NCBI GenBank assembly: GCA_034667465.1
Contig: JAXDJV010000024.1
Coordinates: 16,361-80,360, forward strand
DNA from: Acidobacteriota bacterium
Lineage (GTDB): Bacteria; Acidobacteriota; Thermoanaerobaculia; Gp7-AA8
Direction: 5' to 3'
DNA: 64,000 nt
A program made the translations under genes and the position numbers. Positions 1-7,947 of the stretch are shown piece by piece; the first letter of the stretch is position 1; every line of letters begins with the position of its first letter. The notes beneath the pieces were generated by a model. It was not told the DNA's origin, made no database searches, and saw only the letters and a list, made by a program, of their open reading frames with translations.

Positions 1-480
1 CACGAGCTCGAGCGAGCGAAGATGCGAGCCCGATTGCGCCAGTGAACCGAAGAACTCCTCCGGATCCTTCACCCGCTCGACCATGCTGAACCAGCCGCTG
101 CGCGAGTTCTGATCGTTGTACGCCCAGCGCGAGCCGCGCAAATCATCGAACGTGATGAATCGCGAATCGGCGCGCACCACGACGTCGGCAAAGTAGACCG
201 GACGTCCGTTCGCCCGCACGTCGAGCGGCACCGGAGCAGGCAGCAGCTCGACGGCCGTCGCGTCTTTCGCGCGCATCCAGCGATATGACGGAGCGCAGAC
301 GAATCCGACGTCGACCGTTGCATCGGCGAACGGATCGTGATCGCCGGTGAGCGGTCCGGAGATCCGTTCCTCGAACGTCAGGCCGGTCGCAACGCCGCAC
401 GTCGCTTCGATGTGCGAAGCAACGGCGCGGAAGAAATCCGCCGGGATGCTCGGCGCGAGGTAGGTGATCAGTCGCAACAA
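1..480 (-). CDS. Partial CDS; N-terminal part of a PhnD/SsuA-like periplasmic-binding-fold protein. Starts at TTG/CTG near 480 and continues past the window start.
   Basis: Manual reverse-strand translation gives an open frame with strong GC3 bias (LITYLAPSIPADFF...DLRGSRWAYNDQNSRSGWFSMVE). It resembles the DL-G---AF-D--STSG motif of phosphonate-binding proteins. There is an in-frame TAA just upstream (about 493-495), so there is no room for a signal peptide. Not in the ORF track because it lacks an ATG. Confidence 0.35.
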   Translation of the reverse strand, partial: MLRLITYLAPSIPADFFRAVASHIEATCGVATGLTFEERISGPLTGDHDPFADATVDVGFVCAPSYRWMRAKDATAVELLPAPVPLDVRANGRPVYFADVVVRADSRFITFDDLRGSRWAYNDQNSRSGWFSMVERVKDPEEFFGSLAQSGSHLRSLELV

Positions 481-552
481 ACGCGGCGCAGGTTACCAGA
501 GGTTTTCTTTGCGCAGGCGGAGGTGTCGAAGGAGACGAGGAGGAATCTTGTC

Positions 553-954
553 ATGCAGGCACCGCGCGCCACCGCACTCGAAGCGAACATCAACGTCACG
601 CCACTCGTCGACGTCTGTCTCGTCCTGCTCATCATTTTCATGGTCCTGACGCCGGTCATCGTCAACGGCGTTCCGGTTCAGCTGCCGAAGACGAACACCT
701 CGGAACCTGTGACCGAAGCGACGCGGCAGCTTTCGATCACGGTGAGAGACGATGGAACGCTGTTCGTCGGCGCGAGCGTGCTGCGATCGGAGCAACTCGC
801 CGGCGAGCTCGATCGCATTCACCGCGCGACGCCCGATCGTCCCGTCTCCATCCGCGGCGACAAGCGAGTGCCGTACGGCGAAGTCGTCGATGTGCTCGAC
901 GCCTGCCGCACCGCCGGATTTCAGAATGTCGGATTGATCAGCGAGAAAAATTAA
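553..954 (+). CDS. exbD: Biopolymer transport protein ExbD/TolR
   Basis: Internal ATG at 553 preceded by AGGAGG. Single TM helix (NINVTPLVDVCLVLLIIFMVLTPV) followed by a periplasmic domain, typical of ExbD/TolR. The ORF-track start at 337 gives an R-rich, implausible N-terminus. Confidence 0.8.
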   Translation: MQAPRATALEANINVTPLVDVCLVLLIIFMVLTPVIVNGVPVQLPKTNTSEPVTEATRQLSITVRDDGTLFVGASVLRSEQLAGELDRIHRATPDRPVSIRGDKRVPYGEVVDVLDACRTAGFQNVGLISEKN

Positions 955-1004
955 CAGAAATATAGCGACGGCGTCTCTCTATCCATAATGAAAGGAGACG
1001 CTAA

Positions 1005-2291
1005 ATGGCCGAGTACGCTTTGAAAGGGCCGCAGGTGCAGCCCGACGCGAGTTACTGGGGATTCTGTCCGAAACCGTGCATCGTTCCGCTCGAAGAACTG
1101 CTGAAAAAGACCGACAACCCGAACGATCCCGACTACTTCCCGCCGTGGGACGAGCGTCAGGTCGAGCGCGAGTTCGAGGAATTGGTGTGGCTGTCGCGGC
1201 ATCGCGACGATCCGTGTGCGCTCGTCTCGACGAAGCCGTGCAAAGCGCTTCCGGACACCTGTCGCTCGAACGCGAAGGTGGAGATTCCGCGCGCGTATGA
1301 CTGCCGCCGTCCGATCAGCCGGCTGCTGAATCTGCCGCCGCCGATCGGCGCGCCGCTCATGCACAGACTCCCGGGTCAGCAAATCATTCGAACCGGCCGC
1401 GGAATGGCACGCGCCGTCGAAAGCGAAACACCCGGCCTCTATCACCGCAACGCACTGAACTATCTGATCACCTTGCGACACTGGTCGCCGCCGCGGCAGG
1501 CGCTGGTCTGGGCGGCGCTCGACGTCGCCATCGCAAGCGCGCTGGAGGCGGCGTGGTATTACAAGTGGCTGAGCCCGCGCGATCACGTCTCGCGCCGCCA
1601 GCGCCCGGTCGAATTCCGTCCGCTCGACGTGCTCTTCGACTGTCCCGACGAGCTGAACCCGGCGTACAACCTCTGCCCGGACGGCCGGCCGAAGAAGGGC
1701 GAGCCGTGCGGTCCCAACGGGTCCGGCACTCCGCGCCATCCGGCGTATCCGTCCGGACACAGCACCTACTCGGGCGCGGCAAGTGAAATCCTCGACTACT
1801 TCTTCGGCAACGAATGCACGCCTGACGAGTTGCCACACGATGAGCGGCTCGAGTCGGAGCTCGGCAAGCCGCTGAAGGTCGAGATCGACAACATGGCGGA
1901 CAACATCGGCATGGGCCGCCTGTGGGCCGGTATTCACTGGCGCAGCGATCACGAAGCAGGGATGAAGCTCGGCCGGACCGTCGGGCGCATGGTCATCCAG
2001 CAGCTTCTCGACATCGGCTCGGTCGACGACAACTTCCGCATTCAGCCGTTCATCCTCTGCCCGAAAGAACCGAAGCTCCCCGAGAACCAGTGCGACGGCC
2101 GCGCCGACTGCGACATGACGCTGAAGCCGCCACCGCGCGACCTCCTCGAGCGCAAACGGGAAGTGCTCGAGAAACACTGCGGCGAGCACAAGGGCAAGTG
2201 CCATCCGTGCGAGGGCAAGCCGTGCGACGACAAGAAGCACACACATGCTTCGATCGACGCGAACCGCAGCGCAAATCGCGGCGGAGAATAG
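1005..2291 (+). CDS. PAP2-superfamily protein (acid phosphatase / vanadium haloperoxidase-like) with a Cys/His-rich C-terminal tail
   Basis: PAP2 motifs are present: PSGH (AYPSGHSTYSG) and R...GIHWRSDHEAG. RBS AAAGGAGA upstream. C-terminal 80 aa rich in Cys/His (HCGEHKGKCHPCEGKPCDDKKHTH). No signal peptide seen. Confidence 0.55.
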   Translation: MAEYALKGPQVQPDASYWGFCPKPCIVPLEELLKKTDNPNDPDYFPPWDERQVEREFEELVWLSRHRDDPCALVSTKPCKALPDTCRSNAKVEIPRAYDCRRPISRLLNLPPPIGAPLMHRLPGQQIIRTGRGMARAVESETPGLYHRNALNYLITLRHWSPPRQALVWAALDVAIASALEAAWYYKWLSPRDHVSRRQRPVEFRPLDVLFDCPDELNPAYNLCPDGRPKKGEPCGPNGSGTPRHPAYPSGHSTYSGAASEILDYFFGNECTPDELPHDERLESELGKPLKVEIDNMADNIGMGRLWAGIHWRSDHEAGMKLGRTVGRMVIQQLLDIGSVDDNFRIQPFILCPKEPKLPENQCDGRADCDMTLKPPPRDLLERKREVLEKHCGEHKGKCHPCEGKPCDDKKHTHASIDANRSANRGGE

Positions 2292-2297
2292 AAAACG

Positions 2298-2322
2298 GAG
2301 GGCGGGCTTCGCGCCCGCCCTC
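2298..2322. terminator. GC-rich hairpin between convergent genes; candidate bidirectional intrinsic terminator
   Basis: gagggcgggc-ttcgc-gcccgccctc, a perfect 10-bp stem. It lies between the stop of the PAP2-like CDS (2291) and the stop of gdh (2324). Confidence 0.5.
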
Positions 2323-2323
2323 A

Positions 2324-5300
2324 TCAGCTTTCGACGAGCGCCCGCAGCTGTCGCATCGCCACGGTGAGCATCGCCAGATCAACGCTCTGCGCGGCGCGGA
2401 ACTCGTTCATCGTCTGATCGACGCGCTCGACGACACGCGGGCGCGTCGACAGCCACCCTTCGACCGGATCGGCGGAGCCGTTCCCATCACCGATCACGCG
2501 CGACGCCAGCGTGCTCTGGTAACTGAAGAGATCGTCGATCGCCGACGCGACCGCCGCTTTCTGCCACGGCGTTTCGGCCGGCAGCGAAGCGGCGGCAGCA
2601 CGAACGCGATCGAGACCGAAACGCGCGCCGAGTCCGAAGTAAACACGCGCGACGTCATCGACGGCGCGGCCGTCGCGAGCGATGCGGATGATGTCCATCG
2701 CCGCGCTCATGACACCGAGCGACGAGACGCGATGCGCGAGCGATTCCGGGATGCCATCCTCGATCAGCTCCGCTTCGCGCGCGCGCAATCCGGCCACGAG
2801 CGCGTCGGGGAGAATCTCATCGAGCTTCCCGGCGAGTGTGGCGATGCGCGGACGGAACTCGGAGACGTACGCGGCGATGTCGAGCTGCTCGTAACCGCTG
2901 CGCAACAGCCACGCCACGGCGCGCTCGAGCAGCCGTCCGACGTCGACCATCATTTCGATCTGCACGCTGGCCGGCAGCTTGTTGTCGAGCGCTTCGATCT
3001 CGGTCCAGAGCGAGCGGAGATCGAACGAATCGCGAATGATCGTGAATGCGCGCGCGATGTCGCTCGCCGGCTTGCCGGTCTCGTCGTTCATCTGCATGAC
3101 GAACGTCGGCCGGACGCGGTTGTTCATGTTGTTGGTGATGTAGGTGGCGATGATCTCGCGGCGCAGCCGATGGCGTTCGATGGCGGGGCGAAATCCCTTC
3201 TGCAACGCCTCCGGAAAATAGAGCGCGAGGTCTTCGACGAGCAGCGGCTCATCCGGCAGATCGCCGGCCAGCAGATCGGCATAGAGAACGATCTTGCTGT
3301 ACGCGAGCAGAATCGCAAGCTCGGGACGCGTGAGCCCGGTTCGCGCGGAATGGCGATCGGCGATCGTGTCGTCGTCCGGCAAACCTTCGATCGCGCGATC
3401 GAGTTTTCCGGCGCGCTCGAGCGCGCGCATGAAGCGAGCCTGTTCATCGAGCACCGACTCGCCGAGCGAATGCGTGATCGAGATGGCCTGCGTCTGTTCG
3501 TAGTTGTCGCGCAGCACGAGCGCGCCAACCTCTTCCGTCATTTCCGCCAGCAGCTTGTTGCGATCCTCGGCACGCAGTTCGTCGTGCGCGATGGCGTCGT
3601 ACAGCAGGATCTTGATGTTGACCTCGTGATCCGACGTATCGACGCCGGCGGAGTTGTCGATGGCGTCGGTGTTGATCTTGCCGCCGCGCAGTGCGTATTC
3701 GATGCGCGCCTGCTGCGTGAAGCCGAGGTTTGCGCCCTCGCCGACGACGCGCACGCGAAGATCGGCGCCGTTGACGCGCAGCGCATCGTTGGCGCGATCG
3801 CGTGCGGCGGTGTGATCTTCATCGCTCGCTTTGACGTATGTGCCGATGCCGCCAAGCCAGAGCAGATCGGCACGCGCGCTGAGAATCGCGCGCATCAGTT
3901 CCGCGGGGGCGAGCGTTTTCTGCGGCAGCTCGAAGAGCGCCTGCACCTCGGCCGAGACCGTGACGACTTTCGCGCTGCGGTCGAGCACCGCGCCGCCCGC
4001 GGAAAGCAACTCGGCGTTGTAGCCGTTCCAGTTCAGACGCTGATCGAACATCCGCCGGCGCTCGGCGAAGCTCGTCACCGGATCGGGATTCGGATCGAGA
4101 AAAATGTGTGAGTGATTGAACGCCGCCAGCAGTTTGATGTGCGGTGAGAGCAGCATTGCGTTGCCGAAGACGTCGCCCGACATGTCGCCGACGCCGACGA
4201 CCGTGAAGTCTTCCGACTGCGTGTCGTGGCCGAGCTCGCGGAAGTGGCGCTTGACCGCTTCCCATCCGCCGCGCGCCGTGATGCCCATCCCTTTGTGGTC
4301 GTATCCGGCGGAGCCGCCTGATGCGAATGCATCGCCGAGCCAGAAACCGTAATCGGCGGAGATGCCGTTCGCGATGTCGGAGAACGTGGCCGTGCCTTTG
4401 TCTGCGGCAACGACGAGATAGGGATCGTCAGCATCGCGGCGAACGACGTCGACCGGCGGCACGACGTCGTTGCCGCGCAGGTTGTCGGTGATGTCGAGCA
4501 TGCCGCGCAGCAGCGTCTTGTACGCGAAGACGCCTTCCTTCTGAAAGACGGCGCGCTCGGACGACGGGTTCTTGACGACGAACCCGCCCTTCGATCCCAT
4601 CGGGACGATGACGACGTTCTTGACGTTCTGCGCCTTCATCAGACCGAGGATCTCGGTGCGAAAATCTTCGCGCCGATCGGACCAGCGAATGCCGCCGCGC
4701 GCAACTTTGCCGGCGCGCAGATGGATGCCTTCCATCGACGGCGAGTAGACGAAGATCTCGACGAGCGGACGCGGCAGCGGCAGCTCTTTGATCGACTGCG
4801 AGTCGAGCTTGAACGACAGATACTCCTTCCGATTTCCTTCAGCGTCGCGCTGGAAGTAATTCGTCCGCAGCGTGGCGTCGATGATGGAGACGTAAAGGCG
4901 GAGGATGCGATCCTCGTCCGGATTGCTGACGTCTTCGAGCGCGTCTTCGATCTGCGCGCGGATGTTCATCGTCGCGGTGTAGCGGCCGGGCGCGGTGGCC
5001 ATGCCGGCGCCGCGAACGAGCGCGGGGCCGATCGCCGGATCGAAGTTCGTCGTGAAGAGCTGGATGAGCAGTCGCGTGATCGTGGCGTTGTTCGCCAGCG
5101 ACTGCTGCATCAGCGTCTCGCTGAGGTTCACGCCGATCTGGCGCATGTACTTGCAGTACGCGCGCAGCACGACCACTTCGTGCCATTCGACCTCGGCGCC
5201 GAGCACGAGGCGATTGAAGCCGTCGTTCTCCGCCTCGCGATGCCAGACGCGGACGAACGCTTCCTCGAACTTCTCCTTCACGTTCGACAGGTCGTCCTGC

Positions 5301-7171
5301 ATTCCGTGCGCGGAAAGGCTGAAGTCGCGGATGCGCACGGTGTTCGATGAGCCGGCCGGCTCCACTTCGTACAACACTTCCGACTGCACCTTCAGCCCCA
5401 TGTTCTCGAGGAGCGGCATGATGTCGGAGAGCGGCACCGCTTCGCCGGTGTGAATGATCTTCAGGTGAAACTCGCGATGTTCCCGGCCGCGATGGCGATA
5501 GAGATCGACGACGAGCCGGCCGGTGGCGAGCACTTTGTCGATGTGCTTGATGTCGAACTTTGCGGCCTCGGCGCTGAAGCGTTCCGAGTACGCAACCGGA
5601 AACGCGCGCTTGAAGCGCCGATGCAGAGCGATGCCGTGCTCTTCTCCTTCGCTCTGGACGAGCGCTTCATGAAGACGATCGCTCCACGTGCGCGCCGCGT
5701 CGGCGAGGATCGCTTCGAGCCGCTTCACATCGACGTCAGGAATCCGTCCCGGATTCGTTCGGACGATGAAGAGTCCGCGCGCGAGCGGTGAATCGCTGAC
5801 GTGGTCGTAGACGGCGGTGTCGCGTCCGTCGAGCGCTTCTTCGAGGATGGCGCGCGCGCGATCTTTGAAGTCGGGCGTGTAGCGATCGCGCGGCACGAAG
5901 ACGAAGCAGGAAACGAAGCGCTCGAAGATGTCGCGGCGCAGGAAGAGCGCGACGCGCTGGCGTTCCTGAAGTTGCAGAATGCCGCGGCTGATGTCGGACA
6001 GATCGGCGTCCGTCATCTGGAAGAATTCGTCGCGCGGGAAGGTCTCGAGGATCTCGACGAGTGCCTTGCCGTTGTGCGAGCGGGGATCGAGTCCGGCGCG
6101 TTCGATGGTACGCGTCGCTTTGAGTCGCAGCATCGGGATCTCGCGCACGCTGCGGCTGTATGCGACCGAAGTGAAGAGTCCGAGGAAACGATCTTCGCCG
6201 ATGAGGTTGCCTGCGTCGTCGTAGCGCTTGATGCCGATGCGATCCATCGGCACCGACTTGTGAATCGACGAACGATTGTTCGCCTTGGTGATGATCAGCA
6301 GATCTTTGCGGCGCGCGTATTCGCTGAATTCGGGCGTGAGCGGATCGAGGCTGCGCTGGAGCGACTCGGGGCGCATTTCGCGCAGGATGCCGAGGCCGGA
6401 TGACGGTTCGGCGGGGAGGTAGTCGTTGCCGTCGCGCGTGTCGAATCCGTATCGCCGATAGCCGAGAAAGATGAAGTTTCCGTCGTCGAGCCAGCGAAGA
6501 AATTCGCGCGCTTCGGCGACCTCCTCTTTCGGCATCGGCAGACTGACGGTGTCGAGCTCGGCGATATCTTTCGCGACCTGGTCGCGCATCCTGCGCCAGT
6601 CGGCGACGGCGACGCGAACCTCGCTGAGAATCGTTTCAATCGAGTCGCGCAGCGATTCGAGATCCGCCGCCTCGGTCTCCTGATCGATCTCGATGTGCAT
6701 GTACGACTCGACGAGCGAGTCGGCGGAAGCGCCCATCGTGTCTTCAACTTCGCTGCGCGCGCCGCCGGCGTCGCGGCGAACATGCACGACCGGATGGATG
6801 AGGAGATGGATGGTGCGCTCGCGGCGATTGATCTCGGCGCTGACCGAGTCGACGAGGAACGGCATGTCGTCGTTCACGATCTCGAGGACCGTGTGCTCGA
6901 GCCCCCAACCGTTCGCTTCGACAGTCGGGTTGAAGAGACGGACTTTCGGTTTGCCGGGCTCGCGTTGCGCGCCGAATTCCCAGAGGGAGAGCGCGGCGCC
7001 GAGAAGCGTGTCGAACGAGCTGTAAATGATGTCGTCGGGAGCGACGAGGGCGAAGTAGCGGCGGATGAAACGCTCCGCGCTGTCAGCAAGCTCCGGCGCC
7101 ACTCGCGCGCGCGCTTCGCTCGCCAGCCGGTCGACGAGGTCGACCTTCCGCTGTTCTGCCGTCAATGCCAT
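2324..7171 (-). CDS. gdhB: NAD-specific glutamate dehydrogenase, large (about 180 kDa) type
   Basis: 1615-aa ORF with strong GC3 bias. Its length and conserved blocks (for example GVGDMSGDVFGNAMLLS, DNSAGVDTSDHEVNIKI) match the large NAD-GDH family (Pseudomonas GdhB / Streptomyces type). Confidence 0.9.
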   Translation of the reverse strand: MALTAEQRKVDLVDRLASEARARVAPELADSAERFIRRYFALVAPDDIIYSSFDTLLGAALSLWEFGAQREPGKPKVRLFNPTVEANGWGLEHTVLEIVNDDMPFLVDSVSAEINRRERTIHLLIHPVVHVRRDAGGARSEVEDTMGASADSLVESYMHIEIDQETEAADLESLRDSIETILSEVRVAVADWRRMRDQVAKDIAELDTVSLPMPKEEVAEAREFLRWLDDGNFIFLGYRRYGFDTRDGNDYLPAEPSSGLGILREMRPESLQRSLDPLTPEFSEYARRKDLLIITKANNRSSIHKSVPMDRIGIKRYDDAGNLIGEDRFLGLFTSVAYSRSVREIPMLRLKATRTIERAGLDPRSHNGKALVEILETFPRDEFFQMTDADLSDISRGILQLQERQRVALFLRRDIFERFVSCFVFVPRDRYTPDFKDRARAILEEALDGRDTAVYDHVSDSPLARGLFIVRTNPGRIPDVDVKRLEAILADAARTWSDRLHEALVQSEGEEHGIALHRRFKRAFPVAYSERFSAEAAKFDIKHIDKVLATGRLVVDLYRHRGREHREFHLKIIHTGEAVPLSDIMPLLENMGLKVQSEVLYEVEPAGSSNTVRIRDFSLSAHGMQDDLSNVKEKFEEAFVRVWHREAENDGFNRLVLGAEVEWHEVVVLRAYCKYMRQIGVNLSETLMQQSLANNATITRLLIQLFTTNFDPAIGPALVRGAGMATAPGRYTATMNIRAQIEDALEDVSNPDEDRILRLYVSIIDATLRTNYFQRDAEGNRKEYLSFKLDSQSIKELPLPRPLVEIFVYSPSMEGIHLRAGKVARGGIRWSDRREDFRTEILGLMKAQNVKNVVIVPMGSKGGFVVKNPSSERAVFQKEGVFAYKTLLRGMLDITDNLRGNDVVPPVDVVRRDADDPYLVVAADKGTATFSDIANGISADYGFWLGDAFASGGSAGYDHKGMGITARGGWEAVKRHFRELGHDTQSEDFTVVGVGDMSGDVFGNAMLLSPHIKLLAAFNHSHIFLDPNPDPVTSFAERRRMFDQRLNWNGYNAELLSAGGAVLDRSAKVVTVSAEVQALFELPQKTLAPAELMRAILSARADLLWLGGIGTYVKASDEDHTAARDRANDALRVNGADLRVRVVGEGANLGFTQQARIEYALRGGKINTDAIDNSAGVDTSDHEVNIKILLYDAIAHDELRAEDRNKLLAEMTEEVGALVLRDNYEQTQAISITHSLGESVLDEQARFMRALERAGKLDRAIEGLPDDDTIADRHSARTGLTRPELAILLAYSKIVLYADLLAGDLPDEPLLVEDLALYFPEALQKGFRPAIERHRLRREIIATYITNNMNNRVRPTFVMQMNDETGKPASDIARAFTIIRDSFDLRSLWTEIEALDNKLPASVQIEMMVDVGRLLERAVAWLLRSGYEQLDIAAYVSEFRPRIATLAGKLDEILPDALVAGLRAREAELIEDGIPESLAHRVSSLGVMSAAMDIIRIARDGRAVDDVARVYFGLGARFGLDRVRAAAASLPAETPWQKAAVASAIDDLFSYQSTLASRVIGDGNGSADPVEGWLSTRPRVVERVDQTMNEFRAAQSVDLAMLTVAMRQLRALVES

Positions 7172-7367
7172 TGGGATTCTCCTAAAAGGACTACTGTTAT
7201 CGCGGCGCGGATTCTACCGTAGGGAGACTGGCGGGAGGTGTTGCGGAGGCGGGACGCGGGGCGCTAATGCGACTTCTAAGGTGAGTCTCGGTGCGGTCAC
7301 CGAATCGAGTTACCTTCTCGCGAAGCGTACGCAAATCGGATTGAAATGGGATCTCGATGGCGGACCG

Positions 7368-7877
7368 CTAATGCGCGGTGGATTCGAGCCGCTCCACGCG
7401 AGACTGAAGGTCGGCATTGTCGGTCTCGAGCGAACGGATGCGGCCGTCGAGCTGTGTGAAGGAGATCGGGATCATGGCTTTGATCTCGGCGACCTCTCCG
7501 GACAGGCGCTCATCGACGCGATCAATCTTCCGATCCACAACGTCGACGCTCTCTGCGACCGTCTGCATGTGGCTGCGAAGGCCGTCGGCCACTACTCCGA
7601 AGTGGCGCTTCGCCTCTTCGAACTTCTCGTCGATCTTCGCGTCCGTCTTATCGAAACGGGCGTCGATGTTTTCGAAACGAGCGTCCATCTTTTCGAAACG
7701 GGCGTCGATCTTTTCGAAACGGCCGTCCATCTCTTCGAAACGAGCGTCGATCTTTTCGAAACGGCCGTCCATCTTTTCGAAACGGCCGTCCATCTCTTCG
7801 AAACGGCCGTCCATCTTTTCGAAGCGTCCGTCCATCTCTTCGAAACGGGCATCCATCTTCGCGAAGCCGCGCCGCAT
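7368..7877 (-). CDS. Heptad-repeat coiled-coil protein with 12 tandem [EK][MI]D[GA]RFE repeats. Start is ATG 7877 or GTG about 7921.
   Basis: Translation: MRRGFAKMDARFEEMDGRFEKMDGRFEEMDGRFEK... followed by a non-repetitive, coiled-coil-like C-terminus. The ORF-track start at 8276 overlaps the upstream protease gene and was rejected. The plus-strand ORFs across the same DNA are repeat artifacts. Confidence 0.55.
   Translation of the reverse strand: MRRGFAKMDARFEEMDGRFEKMDGRFEEMDGRFEKMDGRFEKIDARFEEMDGRFEKIDARFEKMDARFENIDARFDKTDAKIDEKFEEAKRHFGVVADGLRSHMQTVAESVDVVDRKIDRVDERLSGEVAEIKAMIPISFTQLDGRIRSLETDNADLQSRVERLESTAH
7608..7860. repeat. About 12 tandem copies of a 21-bp repeat (consensus ttcgaaacgGNcgtcSatcTt) inside a CDS
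   Basis: The direct tandem period of 21 nt is visible in the sequence (tcgaaacgggcgtcgatcttt / tcgaaacggccgtccatctct ...). It encodes the heptad repeats. Confidence 0.85.
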
Positions 7878-7947
7878 CTCTTCAGCCAAACCACCGATCA
7901 ACTCTTTAACGTCTTCGTCCACGAAAGGAATGGTACCTCGGAGTTCC

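Noticed and set aside
2836-3873. Numerous 60-150 aa arginine/alanine-rich ORFs antisense to or frame-shifted within large genes (for example 2836..3039, 3124..3528, 3538..3873, 15912..16973, 16046..17470, 43446..44617)
   Set aside because: These are typical high-GC antisense artifacts. They have no periodic GC3 signal, and each is fully contained within a well-supported CDS.
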